From positions 21,581 to 85,580 of the forward strand of contig JACPZZ010000017.1 in NCBI GenBank assembly GCA_016195275.1: a DNA stretch of 64,000 nucleotides, read 5' to 3'. Each line of letters opens with the position of its first letter. Position 1 is the stretch's first letter. The translations under genes and the position numbers were made by a program. The notes beneath the pieces were generated by a model, which was given only the letters and a program-made list of their open reading frames with translations, had not been told where the DNA came from and searched no databases. The stretch comes from Candidatus Aenigmatarchaeota archaeon. GTDB lineage: Archaea > Aenigmatarchaeota > Aenigmatarchaeia > JACPZZ01. Shown one piece after another: positions 1-9,610 of this stretch.

Positions 1-371
1 TTTTTTGACTGTAACACATCCCATGAAATTAGCTCTTTCTTCGCGGCCGGAAATCTTTTTGTGAATATTGCATACGCCTTTTTTAATTCTTCCCCATGCA
101 GCATTTTCGCACTGCCGGCGAACTGCAAACCCATTGTCGGAGCGCCGAATGTTTTGTGCTGTTTTGCTATTGTTCCGGCCACGCTGTTATTTTTTTCTAT
201 GTGCCTGCTGTGGTTCCGGTAATACCTGGACAGGAAATAAATATCGAAATTTTCATCGAATGCGTAAAATATTGTAGCACACCATGGTTTATTTTTGCTG
301 ACGGTCGCCATGGACATCAGCTTTACGTTTTCCATGTAACTTTTTGCCAGTTTTTTAGGATTTTGCCTCAT
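1..371 (-). CDS. Pyridoxamine 5'-phosphate oxidase-like FMN-binding protein (runs off window start)
   Basis: Manual translation MRQNPKKLAKSYMENVKLMSMATVSKNKPWCATIFYAFDENFDIYFLSRYYRNHSRHIEKNNSVAGTI...GLQFAGSA; not in the ORF track because it is truncated. Confidence 0.7.
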   Translation of the reverse strand, partial: MRQNPKKLAKSYMENVKLMSMATVSKNKPWCATIFYAFDENFDIYFLSRYYRNHSRHIEKNNSVAGTIAKQHKTFGAPTMGLQFAGSAKMLHGEELKKAYAIFTKRFPAAKKELISWDVLQSK

Positions 372-1434
372 CTTGATGCTCCAATGATTTTTGCTGATTT
401 TTTAAGTTCTCAGTCATTTCTGCGTAAACGTATTCGAATATTTTTCCAGGCTCTTCCGCAGGTACGGACTCGTATTTTTTTACGGCATCCTCAACCTTTT
501 TACCCAGTTTTGCAAGCAGCTTTTCTTCGTCAGCCTTTGACCATAATTTTTTTGATTCCATGTATTTTCTCAGCCGTTCTATGGGATCTTTTTTTACCCA
601 TTCGTCCACTTCGGATTTTTTCCTGTACTTCGATGCGTCGTCGGCTGTGGTGTGGTCGCCCATTCTATATGTAAACAATTCTATCAACGTGGGTCCGCCG
701 CCGGAACGGGCTTTTTCCAATGCGCTTTTGGTTGCGCTGTAAACCGCGAAAACGTCGTTGCCGTCGACCTGTACGCCCTCAAAACCGAAAGCGACTGCCT
801 TCTGCGCTATTGTCTGCGACGCGGTTTGTCTGCTTCTTGGCACAGAGATGGCCCATTGGTTGTTCTCGCAAACAAAAACCAAAGGAAGGCTGAACACGCC
901 CGCAAAATTCATAGCCTCGTTGGTGTCGCCTTCCGAAGTCGCCCCGTCTCCGAAATAAACAAGGGACGCGGTTTTTTCGCCCATTATTTTCATAGCCAGC
1001 GCAATGCCTGCTGCGTGCAACGGCTGCGTGCCCACCGGAATTGCAAACGTCAGATCATTTTCCCCGGAAGGAATTTTTTGGCCGCGTTCGTCTCCTCCCC
1101 AGTACTGCAATATCATTTCCATAGACAACCCCCGGAGAATCATGGAAGCGTGCTCCCTGAAAGCCGGTATCATCCAATCGTTTTTACCCAGCGCGTAGGC
1201 TGATGCGATTTGCGCAGCCTCCTGGCCTTTCAATGGCGGATATGTTCCTAAACGGCCCTCGCGCTGCAGTTTTATTGACCGCTCATCGAAAATTCTTGCC
1301 AATACCATCGACTCATAAATTTCTTTTATTTGCTTCTGTGTTAACCCAGGCTGCTCGGCGCATTTTCCGTTTTCATCCAGAATTTGCAGATAATTGACGG
1401 AAAATTTCGCTATTTCCTTTTCCATGATCCACAC
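355..1434 (-). CDS. pdhA: 2-oxoacid (pyruvate) dehydrogenase E1 alpha subunit
   Basis: TPP motif GDGATSEG...ENNQWAIS; YRMGDHTTADD loop. Confidence 0.93.
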   Translation of the reverse strand: MWIMEKEIAKFSVNYLQILDENGKCAEQPGLTQKQIKEIYESMVLARIFDERSIKLQREGRLGTYPPLKGQEAAQIASAYALGKNDWMIPAFREHASMILRGLSMEMILQYWGGDERGQKIPSGENDLTFAIPVGTQPLHAAGIALAMKIMGEKTASLVYFGDGATSEGDTNEAMNFAGVFSLPLVFVCENNQWAISVPRSRQTASQTIAQKAVAFGFEGVQVDGNDVFAVYSATKSALEKARSGGGPTLIELFTYRMGDHTTADDASKYRKKSEVDEWVKKDPIERLRKYMESKKLWSKADEEKLLAKLGKKVEDAVKKYESVPAEEPGKIFEYVYAEMTENLKNQQKSLEHQDEAKS

Positions 1435-1458
1435 CCTAAAATAAGTTGCACTTTATTA

Positions 1459-2364
1459 TTAGATATCATTTTCGACCGCCTTGCTTTCCTTTTGCAACAC
1501 CGATTTTACAAAAAGCTCGCCTGCCCTGTACGATGAACGGATAAACGGGCCTGATGCAACGTAAAGGAAACCTTTTTGTTTACCGGCTAATTTTAACCTT
1601 TCAAAGACTTCCGGGTGGACGTATTTTTCCGCGGCCATTTGCTTCTTGGTAGGCCTTAGGTACTGCCCTATGGTAAAGAAATCAGCGCCTGCGTTACGCA
1701 GGTCGTCCATGGCCTCGCACACCTCCTGTTCCGTTTCGCCCAAACCCAGCATTATAGAGGATTTCGTGCGCATTTTCGGATCCAATTTTTTTGCGATCTT
1801 CAAAACTTCCAGCGACTGGCCATAATTTGCCCTGCGATCACGGACGAAAGGCTGCAGCCTTCTAACGGTTTCTATGTTATGCGCGATTACGTCTGGTTTT
1901 GCGTCGGTGATGTTTTTTATCAGGTCTTCGCGCCCCTGAAAATCCGGGATAAGAACCTCGACCAGTATTCCGGGATTCATCTTTTTTACAGCCCTGATGC
2001 AGGCTGCGAAATGCGACGAGCCCTGGTCAGGCAAATCATCACGATCAACGGAAGTTATTACAACATAATCCAGGTTAAACTCTTTCACGGCTCTGGCCAA
2101 TTTAACAGGCTCGAATATATCAACCTCTTTCGCCTTGCCATGGGACACTTCGCAGAAACGACAACCACGGGTACAGGTATCGCCCATGACCATGAACGTG
2201 GCTGTCCCTCCGGACCAGCATTCGGATATGTTCGGGCAGTGCGCGGATTCACACACCGTGTTTAACCCAAGGCCTTTCACTGTTTCGCGAACTTTGGCAA
2301 AAGAACCCATGGTCTGCAGTTTTGTTTTCAGCCATTCGGGCTTGTCAACTGAAACCAACGACAT
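1459..2364 (-). CDS. lipA: Lipoyl synthase
   Basis: CESAHCPNISEC and CTRGCRFC clusters; C-terminal RSSY. Confidence 0.96.
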   Translation of the reverse strand: MSLVSVDKPEWLKTKLQTMGSFAKVRETVKGLGLNTVCESAHCPNISECWSGGTATFMVMGDTCTRGCRFCEVSHGKAKEVDIFEPVKLARAVKEFNLDYVVITSVDRDDLPDQGSSHFAACIRAVKKMNPGILVEVLIPDFQGREDLIKNITDAKPDVIAHNIETVRRLQPFVRDRRANYGQSLEVLKIAKKLDPKMRTKSSIMLGLGETEQEVCEAMDDLRNAGADFFTIGQYLRPTKKQMAAEKYVHPEVFERLKLAGKQKGFLYVASGPFIRSSYRAGELFVKSVLQKESKAVENDI

Positions 2365-2400
2365 GATTAGTAATCGAAAAGCAGAATAAAATACTTAGCG

Positions 2401-3360
2401 TCAGTTTCTTTTTACCCGTTTGAACCCGGATATCTCGACTATTTTCAATTTAAATTTCTTATCCAATTTATCGAGAACCAAGTTCATGCCCAGCGAATCC
2501 GAAGACATGTGGCCTGCCGCAACAACGTTGATATTGTGCGATTTCGCCTCTTCGTATTGGTCCTTTGACATGTGCATAGCGACGATAGTATTGATTCCGG
2601 ATTCGGCCATGACCTTCATTCTTGACTTATCCAATTCGGTGCCTCCGGTCATGTCAAATGTTATTTTACCGCATTCGTTTTCCGGGCTGCCTGTAAAAAT
2701 CGTAGGGCCCATTCCATGGGACGCGGCCCACTGGTATTCAGGTATTTTGTAAAGTATGTCGACCAGGTTCTTGATTGTCCTAGGTTTTTCCTTTTCCAAG
2801 AGTTTTTGCAAAAACATGTGTACATGGTTGTCTGCAACGGTGTGCATTGACATGAACGGAATGCCAAGCAGGCGCGCAGCGTCTATGGCGCGCGTATGGT
2901 TAAAAGGGTGCAAACCCCTTCTCACTTCGTCAACACGCGGCCGCACAACGGCTTCGGCCTGGGAAATGGGAACGCCTGCCTTATGAAGTATCCTTATCTG
3001 CATGTCCATTACCTGGTGCAACGCTGCCAGCGCGCGGCCTTCCGGGTGATGGGTTATTATGGCGTCAATTTTCGTTCCTTTCTGCTTCAGGCGGTCGACT
3101 AAAAGCATTTCCTGGCTTTCTATGTCTATACCGACTGCGACCGCTTCGATGTTTTTAGCGTCTTCACCGTTCAGGATAAGGCTGTCTGCAAAAGGGTTTT
3201 GCAGCCTTTCCCTGTCAAAATACTCTTTCTGGTAGCCTTTTAATTCACTGTAGCGTTCCTTTGCTTCCACAAGCAGCCTTTTTATCTCTTCTTCGCCCCG
3301 GGGATCCTCTTTTACCCCTTCCTTTATCGAGAATTCGTAAATTTCTTTCAGCGAAGGCAT
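2401..3360 (-). CDS. NIF3 / NGG1-interacting factor 3 family protein
   Basis: ITHHPEG, HTVADN and AGHMSSDSLG motifs; start moved to MPSLKE. Confidence 0.8.
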   Translation of the reverse strand: MPSLKEIYEFSIKEGVKEDPRGEEEIKRLLVEAKERYSELKGYQKEYFDRERLQNPFADSLILNGEDAKNIEAVAVGIDIESQEMLLVDRLKQKGTKIDAIITHHPEGRALAALHQVMDMQIRILHKAGVPISQAEAVVRPRVDEVRRGLHPFNHTRAIDAARLLGIPFMSMHTVADNHVHMFLQKLLEKEKPRTIKNLVDILYKIPEYQWAASHGMGPTIFTGSPENECGKITFDMTGGTELDKSRMKVMAESGINTIVAMHMSKDQYEEAKSHNINVVAAGHMSSDSLGMNLVLDKLDKKFKLKIVEISGFKRVKRN

Positions 3361-3516
3361 GAAATCACTTAATAATATGTAAATTTGTGTATAAATCTTC
3401 CGCGTATCGCCAGTCATAGACTGGCGGTATTGCCTTGACAACTCTTTGCCATAAAAACCCAAAACTAATTATTGGGATTGGTATATAAATCATACGGACA
3501 AATTTAACTTGATTAA

Positions 3517-4188
3517 ATGGAAGATCACAAATGCCCTGACTGCGGGAAAAATTTTGATTCTGCCGAAGCATTAAACCAGCACAAAGAGGCAAAACACACA
3601 ACCGAAATAAAAGCAGAAGAACAAAAAAATAACGCCAGAAGTTTTAACTTTGACAAAACTAAAGCTGTGCTTTACGCCTTGATTTTAATCGCAGGTGTTG
3701 CAGCGGCTTATGCGATAATGTCATCGCTATCAACCGGTCCGCGCATAGGCAGCGTTGGTTCGACACACGAGCACGTCGATTTCAAGATATACATCGAGGG
3801 CAAGCCGATAGATTTCTCCCAACAGAAATACCAGGTTGCAGCGCAATACGTTCATGTGGAAGGCGGTGTCGGCGGTGTCGTACACAAGCACGCAACAGGC
3901 GTCACGTTCCGCGATTTTCTTAAGACTGTGAACATGGATATGGAAAGCAAATGCTTCAAATCGGACAACAATAAAAATTACTGCGACGAAAACGGCGAAA
4001 CCCTGAAATTCTACCTGAACGGCAAGCTTAATGATAAGTTTGAAAGCTACGAGTTGCGCGATTTGGACAAAGTTTTGATAAGCTACGGCAATGAAACTGA
4101 AGACGAAATCAGACAGCAGCTTGCCGGCATAACCGATTTGGCAAAGATAGAATCCGGAAAACAAGGGGTTCCGAAACGTCTGGGATAA
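3517..4188 (+). CDS. C2H2 zinc finger + transmembrane helix + extracellular His-rich domain protein
   Basis: CPDC...HKEAKH, hydrophobic helix, HEHVDF / HVEG / VHKHA motifs. Confidence 0.7.
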   Translation: MEDHKCPDCGKNFDSAEALNQHKEAKHTTEIKAEEQKNNARSFNFDKTKAVLYALILIAGVAAAYAIMSSLSTGPRIGSVGSTHEHVDFKIYIEGKPIDFSQQKYQVAAQYVHVEGGVGGVVHKHATGVTFRDFLKTVNMDMESKCFKSDNNKNYCDENGETLKFYLNGKLNDKFESYELRDLDKVLISYGNETEDEIRQQLAGITDLAKIESGKQGVPKRLG

Positions 4189-4238
4189 CCGCTGAATATC
4201 GGTATTATTACCGCAAACGCGGTTCCCTGTTTAATCTG

Positions 4239-5402
4239 CTAGATAACAAACAATCCGGTCGCGTACATCACGAAAAGTCCGGCGAAAAACCCGCCCACGT
4301 TGGTGAAGGTAAATATCGTTGTTGCCGTTTCTTTTTTCATGTATTTTATTATTTCAACCACAACGTGAAAAATCGCGCCCACCCCAACCGAGAGAAATAT
4401 CAAAGACCATAATTGGGAAAACGCGAAACCCCCTATCCATGCACCGATTATGGTAGGCCCGCCTGCTATTAGACCAAGCGTTATCAAATGCCGCAGGATA
4501 TTGTCTTCTTTATGCCTTGTTATCGGCGCAACTATCGCAATGCCCTCGGTAAGGTTGTGCATCATGAAACCGATGACCAACAACGACCCTAATGTTATTT
4601 CGCCCACAGAGAACGCGCTGCCTATCGCCAGGCCTTCGCCCATGTTGTGAAGCCCTATACCAAGCGCTATCATGTATGAAAGCCGCAGCGTGTGGCCAAT
4701 GACTCCTTTCTTTGTCACGTCTATCGAGCCGCGTTTGCTTATCGCCAGCAGCGTGAGATAAGGCAGGAAAAATCCTATGGTTATCAGGCTGACGCCCTGC
4801 AATGTCTGCGGTATTTCCGACGTCAACTCCAAAGCGCCTTCTAACGCATCTATCAGCAAGAAAACCAGCAAACCTACTGTTAGCGAAAGAAAAAAGTCGT
4901 ACCATCTCCTGCTTAAATTTCTCAGGAACGGCAGCCAAAGCAAACCTAGAAAAACCGGTATCACGCCGACGTAAAGTCCTATCACTGCAAAACTCAGTAT
5001 GTACCGTGCGTCAGGCACAGGCGTAGGCGTGGCGACTTTAATCTCCTTTTCAAAAGTCAGGCCGCTTGACGAAACAAGCTTGATGCTTAACGGCAGTGTT
5101 TCAAACCATGGATAATCCATACGAACAACAGCTTTTTCCAGATGCTTTAGCGTGCTTTGCGTTATACGGAACTGGTTGTAAGCGTCATTGATTAACACCT
5201 GCGACACCGTAACCTCACCAGGCCCGTCGTTGATTATGTACGCTGTTATTTTATCTTTTTCAAGGACGACCCTCTCAAACGCGATGGTTTCGACAGGTGG
5301 GAAAGCGGTTTTTAACAGGCCTAGCGGGCCAAACTGCAAAAACGACGCTATCAGAACCAGCAGCAAAACAACCGGAAGCGCTCCTGTGATCAGCTTTTTC
5401 AT
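4239..5402 (-). CDS. ZIP family metal transporter with N-terminal extracellular domain
   Basis: GLHNMGEGLAIG and HNLTEGIAI motifs; multiple TM helices. Confidence 0.9.
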   Translation of the reverse strand: MKKLITGALPVVLLLVLIASFLQFGPLGLLKTAFPPVETIAFERVVLEKDKITAYIINDGPGEVTVSQVLINDAYNQFRITQSTLKHLEKAVVRMDYPWFETLPLSIKLVSSSGLTFEKEIKVATPTPVPDARYILSFAVIGLYVGVIPVFLGLLWLPFLRNLSRRWYDFFLSLTVGLLVFLLIDALEGALELTSEIPQTLQGVSLITIGFFLPYLTLLAISKRGSIDVTKKGVIGHTLRLSYMIALGIGLHNMGEGLAIGSAFSVGEITLGSLLVIGFMMHNLTEGIAIVAPITRHKEDNILRHLITLGLIAGGPTIIGAWIGGFAFSQLWSLIFLSVGVGAIFHVVVEIIKYMKKETATTIFTFTNVGGFFAGLFVMYATGLFVI

Positions 5403-6424
5403 GGTTCAACCTCGAAGAATCCCATCCAACCCAGCTCGGAAAACTCGGTCTGATGCGCATGGAACATGTACTTGCCCGGGAATTTGAACCGTAACTCGAG
5501 TATAGATCGTTCGGCCTGCCCAAGTTGGATAATATCTGTAAAAGCGCTTGGCGTGCTTAATGTTCCTGTCTGATACTCATTGAAAAAGTTTCCGTGTATG
5601 TGAATGGAATTGACCGGATCGAATTCGACCATATTTGCAACGTATATCCTTACAAGCTCACCCACTTTGGCCTTTATCGTGTTGTTAACGTAATAAAAGG
5701 CCTTTGTGTTGACCGCGTAAACTTCATTCTCGCCGTCAAAATTCGTATCAAAGGCGTTCATCATCATTATTAATTCATTGGCCGGTTCCCTTCTTTCAAC
5801 CGGATCCACTATAAACATTGCGTACATGCCCTGAGCTATGTGAGCCTTCAAAGGTGTCACATGGCAATGATAAAGATGCAAACCCACAGGCCCCGCCTTG
5901 AATTCATAAATAAAACTTTCACCAGGCTGAACAAACTGCTCTGGCATCGCGCCGTCCATGGAAGCTTCGTGATAACCGTGGAAATGCGCTGTGTGCGCAT
6001 GTGACCCCTGGTTTATCAGATGCACGCGTATTGTGTCGCCTTCTGTGGCGCGTATCGTCGGACCTGGAACTTTTCCGCTGTAGGTCCACGCATCAAAAAA
6101 AACACCGGGTGCAACCTCTATCTTTTTATCTATAGCGTATATCCAATACTCACGCAGCATTGTACCGTCGGACAGGTTCTGTTCTTTGTAAAATTTTTCA
6201 CGCTCTTTTTCAGGCAGGTCGTTGAAGTTCCAGGACTTCAAGTACGACATGGGATCGAAGTCGTCGAACGTGTATTCACCTACAACGCCGGTGTGTCCGT
6301 GCTTCGCCTGTGCGGCTTGCCCTGTCAAATTGCCTACTGTCTGAACCGGGAAAACCGAATAAAATACTGACAGCACAAAAACCGCTGCCAATATAGCTGC
6401 TGCATTCTTCGGCAAATTTATCAT
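5399..6424 (-). CDS. Two-domain multicopper oxidase, membrane-anchored or secreted
   Basis: HTAHFHG, YHCH..HIAQGM, SIHIHG and MFHAH copper motifs; N-terminal hydrophobic segment. Confidence 0.88.
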   Translation of the reverse strand: MINLPKNAAAILAAVFVLSVFYSVFPVQTVGNLTGQAAQAKHGHTGVVGEYTFDDFDPMSYLKSWNFNDLPEKEREKFYKEQNLSDGTMLREYWIYAIDKKIEVAPGVFFDAWTYSGKVPGPTIRATEGDTIRVHLINQGSHAHTAHFHGYHEASMDGAMPEQFVQPGESFIYEFKAGPVGLHLYHCHVTPLKAHIAQGMYAMFIVDPVERREPANELIMMMNAFDTNFDGENEVYAVNTKAFYYVNNTIKAKVGELVRIYVANMVEFDPVNSIHIHGNFFNEYQTGTLSTPSAFTDIIQLGQAERSILELRFKFPGKYMFHAHQTEFSELGWMGFFEVEP

Positions 6425-6457
6425 AAGTACGCCTTATTTTAGAGTAGATTAACAAAT

Positions 6458-6471
6458 TTAGATACATCTAA
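6458..6471. promoter_or_regulatory. Putative DtxR/MntR-family operator palindrome TTAGAT-AC-ATCTAA
   Basis: Perfect inverted repeat in the short divergent intergenic region between the oxidase and the regulator. Confidence 0.55.
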
Positions 6472-6511
6472 CATTATTAATCTTATATTTAAGCGTGGCC
6501 AATCGTGTAAT

Positions 6512-6928
6512 ATGGAAAAAATCAACACCCCCACTGTCGAGGATTACCTTGAAACTGTCTACAAGCTGACCAGGTCCAAGGGTTATGCCAAGGTCGTTGA
6601 CATATCGGAACGCCTCAATGTACGGCCCCCAACAGTAACGAGTATGATACAAAAGCTCGACAAAAAAGGTTTCATAAAATACGAGAAATACCGTGAAATA
6701 TCACTGACCGAAGCCGGGGAAAAGGTGGCTAAACAGGTCTCTGACACGCATTCAAAGATAATGAAATTCCTGACTATGATAGGTGTGGACGAGAAAACGG
6801 CCTACGCGGACACCGAAGGGATAGAGCATCACGTCCACCCGTCCACAATAAGGAAGATCGACAGCCTGGTTTTGTTCGCGGAAAAAAACCCGAAATGGGT
6901 AAAAAGACTGAAAAGGTTCACAAAATAG
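6512..6928 (+). CDS. DtxR/MntR family metal-dependent transcriptional regulator
   Basis: EDYLETVY, wHTH and EGIEHH dimerisation/metal motif. Confidence 0.92.
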   Translation: MEKINTPTVEDYLETVYKLTRSKGYAKVVDISERLNVRPPTVTSMIQKLDKKGFIKYEKYREISLTEAGEKVAKQVSDTHSKIMKFLTMIGVDEKTAYADTEGIEHHVHPSTIRKIDSLVLFAEKNPKWVKRLKRFTK

Positions 6929-6969
6929 GTCAATATTAAATACGGAAACCCACCAAATAGAGTTGACGT

Positions 6970-7881
6970 ATGTACGATCTCGTTATTGTAGGAGGCGGCG
7001 TTGTCGGTCTTGGCGCGGCGATGTACGCCGGCCGGCTTAATTTAAAAACTGCCATGATCGGCGACAACATAGGCGGAACGATAACTTTAACTGATATAGT
7101 CGAGAATTATCCCGGTTTCGAAAGGTTAACCGGGCTGGAACTTGCGGAAAAACTGCGCAAGCACGCCGAAAATTACGATGTGGCACTTGTGGAGAGCAAG
7201 GTTACAGACATAGAAAAAAAGGGCAGTTCTTTTGTTATAAAAACCGAGGAAAAATCGTATGAAGCAAAATCGATCCTGATAGCAACCGGTTCCAAGCACC
7301 GGGAACTTGGCGTGCCCGGCGAAAAGGAGTTTGAAGGCAAAGGTGTCCATACTTGCGCTCTATGCGATGGATACTATTATCGGGACAAAATCATAGCCGT
7401 TGTAGGAGGCTCTGACAGCGCAGGCAAAGAGGCCTTGCTTTTGACGCAATGGGGTAAAAAAGTTTACATTATATACCGCGGCGAAACAATACGTCCCGAA
7501 CCTGTGAATATGAAAAGGATAGAGGCAAACAAAAAAATCGAAATAATAAACAATACCAATGTCAAGGAAATAAAAGGGGATAAAATGGTAAAAAGCGTTG
7601 TTCTTGACAAGCCGTACAACGGGAAAAACGAGCTTGCGCTTGATGCCGTGTTCGTTGAGATAGGTGCGACGCCCATGTCTTACCTTGCAGAGAAACTGGG
7701 TGTTAAATTGAGCGAAAAAAAAGAAATAATCATTGACCGCGAATCGAAAACGAACGTGCCGGGCATTTTTGCCGCAGGCGATGTTGTTGACACTAAATTC
7801 AAGCAGGCCATAACAGGCGTTGGCGAGGCTGTATCCGCTGTATACTCGGCATACAAGTATGTGAACGAAAACGGGCTTTAG
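6970..7881 (+). CDS. trxB: Thioredoxin reductase
   Basis: GGGVVG FAD motif, CALCDG, GGSDSA, FAAGD. Confidence 0.9.
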   Translation: MYDLVIVGGGVVGLGAAMYAGRLNLKTAMIGDNIGGTITLTDIVENYPGFERLTGLELAEKLRKHAENYDVALVESKVTDIEKKGSSFVIKTEEKSYEAKSILIATGSKHRELGVPGEKEFEGKGVHTCALCDGYYYRDKIIAVVGGSDSAGKEALLLTQWGKKVYIIYRGETIRPEPVNMKRIEANKKIEIINNTNVKEIKGDKMVKSVVLDKPYNGKNELALDAVFVEIGATPMSYLAEKLGVKLSEKKEIIIDRESKTNVPGIFAAGDVVDTKFKQAITGVGEAVSAVYSAYKYVNENGL

Positions 7882-7889
7882 GTGTCTTC

Positions 7890-8519
7890 ATGGCCGATGG
7901 AATTGTGAAATTGCTTGAATCCGTCAAAAATCCGGAACATCCTATGCTGAAGGTCATGAAAGCTGCCTGCGACAAGGCGAAACTCGCGGATAAAAACGGC
8001 AATTACAAGGTATACTCTGATGAAATCGGGGAAAAATATCCGCCGCATTTCAGCGCAACTATACAGAAACAAGGCGGTAAATATTCGTTCCTGGAAATAA
8101 AGAACATAAGCAACGGGGTCGTGTTTTCGGAAAAGGCTGCCCATAACATAATAATTTCCGAAATGGAACTGTCCAAATATCCGGACCAGATTCCGACAGA
8201 AGACGCTTTCAAAATAGCGCAAAAAATAACAACGCACGGGAAAATAATCCGCCTGGCAAAAGAGGACAGGCAAAAAGCCATGGAGAATGCAAAAAGGATC
8301 GTAGTTACGGAAAAATTGCCGGACATGCCAAAGGCTGTAAAGAATGAAATAATCAATGCAGCGCAATGGGATTTGCTGAGTGACGGCGCCAAATCCCTGA
8401 TAGCCGCGCAATGGGCAAGAAAAATCGGAGGAAAAACAATGGTCGTTGTCAACGACGATGAAACTACAGACAAGGAAAAATTGCGCGCTCTGATATTATA
8501 CATACAGAAGGAAGCCTGA
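7890..8519 (+). CDS. Hypothetical protein
   Basis: 209-aa ORF closely coupled to trxB and to the next gene. Confidence 0.65.
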   Translation: MADGIVKLLESVKNPEHPMLKVMKAACDKAKLADKNGNYKVYSDEIGEKYPPHFSATIQKQGGKYSFLEIKNISNGVVFSEKAAHNIIISEMELSKYPDQIPTEDAFKIAQKITTHGKIIRLAKEDRQKAMENAKRIVVTEKLPDMPKAVKNEIINAAQWDLLSDGAKSLIAAQWARKIGGKTMVVVNDDETTDKEKLRALILYIQKEA

Positions 8520-8668
8520 TGAGGTCACTGAAACAAAACGATCGCATTGATGTGACCAGGGATTTTCGCAGAAGGGTTTGCCCGGAATGCGGATCCAACA
8601 AACTGATGGAAGACCCTTCGCACGGACGCGCCATGTGCGCAAAATGCGGGCATGTAATAAGGGAATAA
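8519..8668 (+). CDS. Small TFIIB-type zinc-ribbon protein (49 aa)
   Basis: Manual translation MRSLKQNDRIDVTRDFRRRVCPECGSNKLMEDPSHGRAMCAKCGHVIRE; TGATG overlap with upstream gene. Confidence 0.7.
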   Translation: MRSLKQNDRIDVTRDFRRRVCPECGSNKLMEDPSHGRAMCAKCGHVIRE

Positions 8669-8672
8669 TAAT

Positions 8673-9215
8673 TTACTTAACCCAGCCTTTCCACTTCACC
8701 GAGCAGCCCACAGGCGTAGTTTCCGTTGTTGCAATCTCCTTGTTGGAAAGTATAGCATCAAGCGATTCCCTTAGGTATTTTCTTTTTGCTGCATTAGCGT
8801 TTTCCCAGTTGTCATCTATCGCGCCGACGTACCTTAACTTTCTGGAAGCATCGAAAACAAAAACATGCGGTGTAACCTTCGCCCCATAAACTCTTGCAAC
8901 GTCCTGAGATTCGTCCCTCAGGTATGGGAAATCAAATCTTTTCTCCTTTGCGCGTATTTTCATGTTTTCAAAGCTGTCTTCCGTGTATTTGGAGTCTTCA
9001 TTCGAATTAATCGCAACAACCTGCACGCCTTTCGCTGCGTAATCTTTTTGCACAGCCATTATTCTACCCTGATACGCCTTTGCATAAGGGCAATGATTGC
9101 ATGTGAAGATAACAACCAGTATTTTTTTGTCTGCAAATTCGCTGGTGGAATGTATTTTGTCATCTACGCCTTTCAGGCCAAATTCTGCAATTGAATCACC
9201 TATTTTCAACGGCAT
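8673..9215 (-). CDS. Thioredoxin-fold AhpC/TSA family protein
   Basis: FTCNHCPY, YGAKVTPHVF, GAIDD, GCSVKW; start MPLKIG (the longer ORF overlaps the tRNA). Confidence 0.88.
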   Translation of the reverse strand: MPLKIGDSIAEFGLKGVDDKIHSTSEFADKKILVVIFTCNHCPYAKAYQGRIMAVQKDYAAKGVQVVAINSNEDSKYTEDSFENMKIRAKEKRFDFPYLRDESQDVARVYGAKVTPHVFVFDASRKLRYVGAIDDNWENANAAKRKYLRESLDAILSNKEIATTETTPVGCSVKWKGWVK

Positions 9216-9241
9216 TTCAATTCCTCCAATGATCAAAAATG

Positions 9242-9550
9242 TCCCCCGGGGGCGAGTTTCCAAACGTTTTCTTTTGCCTTAAGGCTTTTCTTTTTCAAAA
9301 GAAAAGGCTTATTTGAACGCCCAACACTCCGGTTTCTGAGCAACGAAAACCGTAAGGTTTCGACGGAAAGCCGAAGCTTTCCGTGCACAGAAAACTAATG
9401 TGTTTTCTGTGTCGTGCATGGAAAATCAACGATTTTCTATGCAATAGCCAAATCTTGATGCAATAGCAGACCGACATATGCATTGCATATGTCAGCTTAT
9501 TACGGCACCAAACTACAGCCGGATACTCTACCGAGTTGAGCTACCGGGGG
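9242..9550 (-). tRNA. tRNA-Tyr(GTA) with two introns: 179 nt at 37/38 (9334-9512) and 56 nt at 59/60 (9256-9311)
   Basis: Spliced cloverleaf CCCCCGG TA GCTC AACTCGGTA GAGT A TCCGG CTGTAG|A CCGGA GTGTT GGGCG TTCAAA|T CGCCC CCGGGGG A; relaxed BHB motifs at both junctions. Confidence 0.9.
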
Positions 9551-9610
9551 TTAAACTAAATTCCTATTTACCCGATTACCTTATTAAGTTAATTTTTACC
9601 GGATATTATC

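Noticed and set aside
5399-6424. Calling the multicopper oxidase nirK
   Set aside because: Context (ZIP, DtxR) points to metal handling, and NirK-specific catalytic residues were not verified
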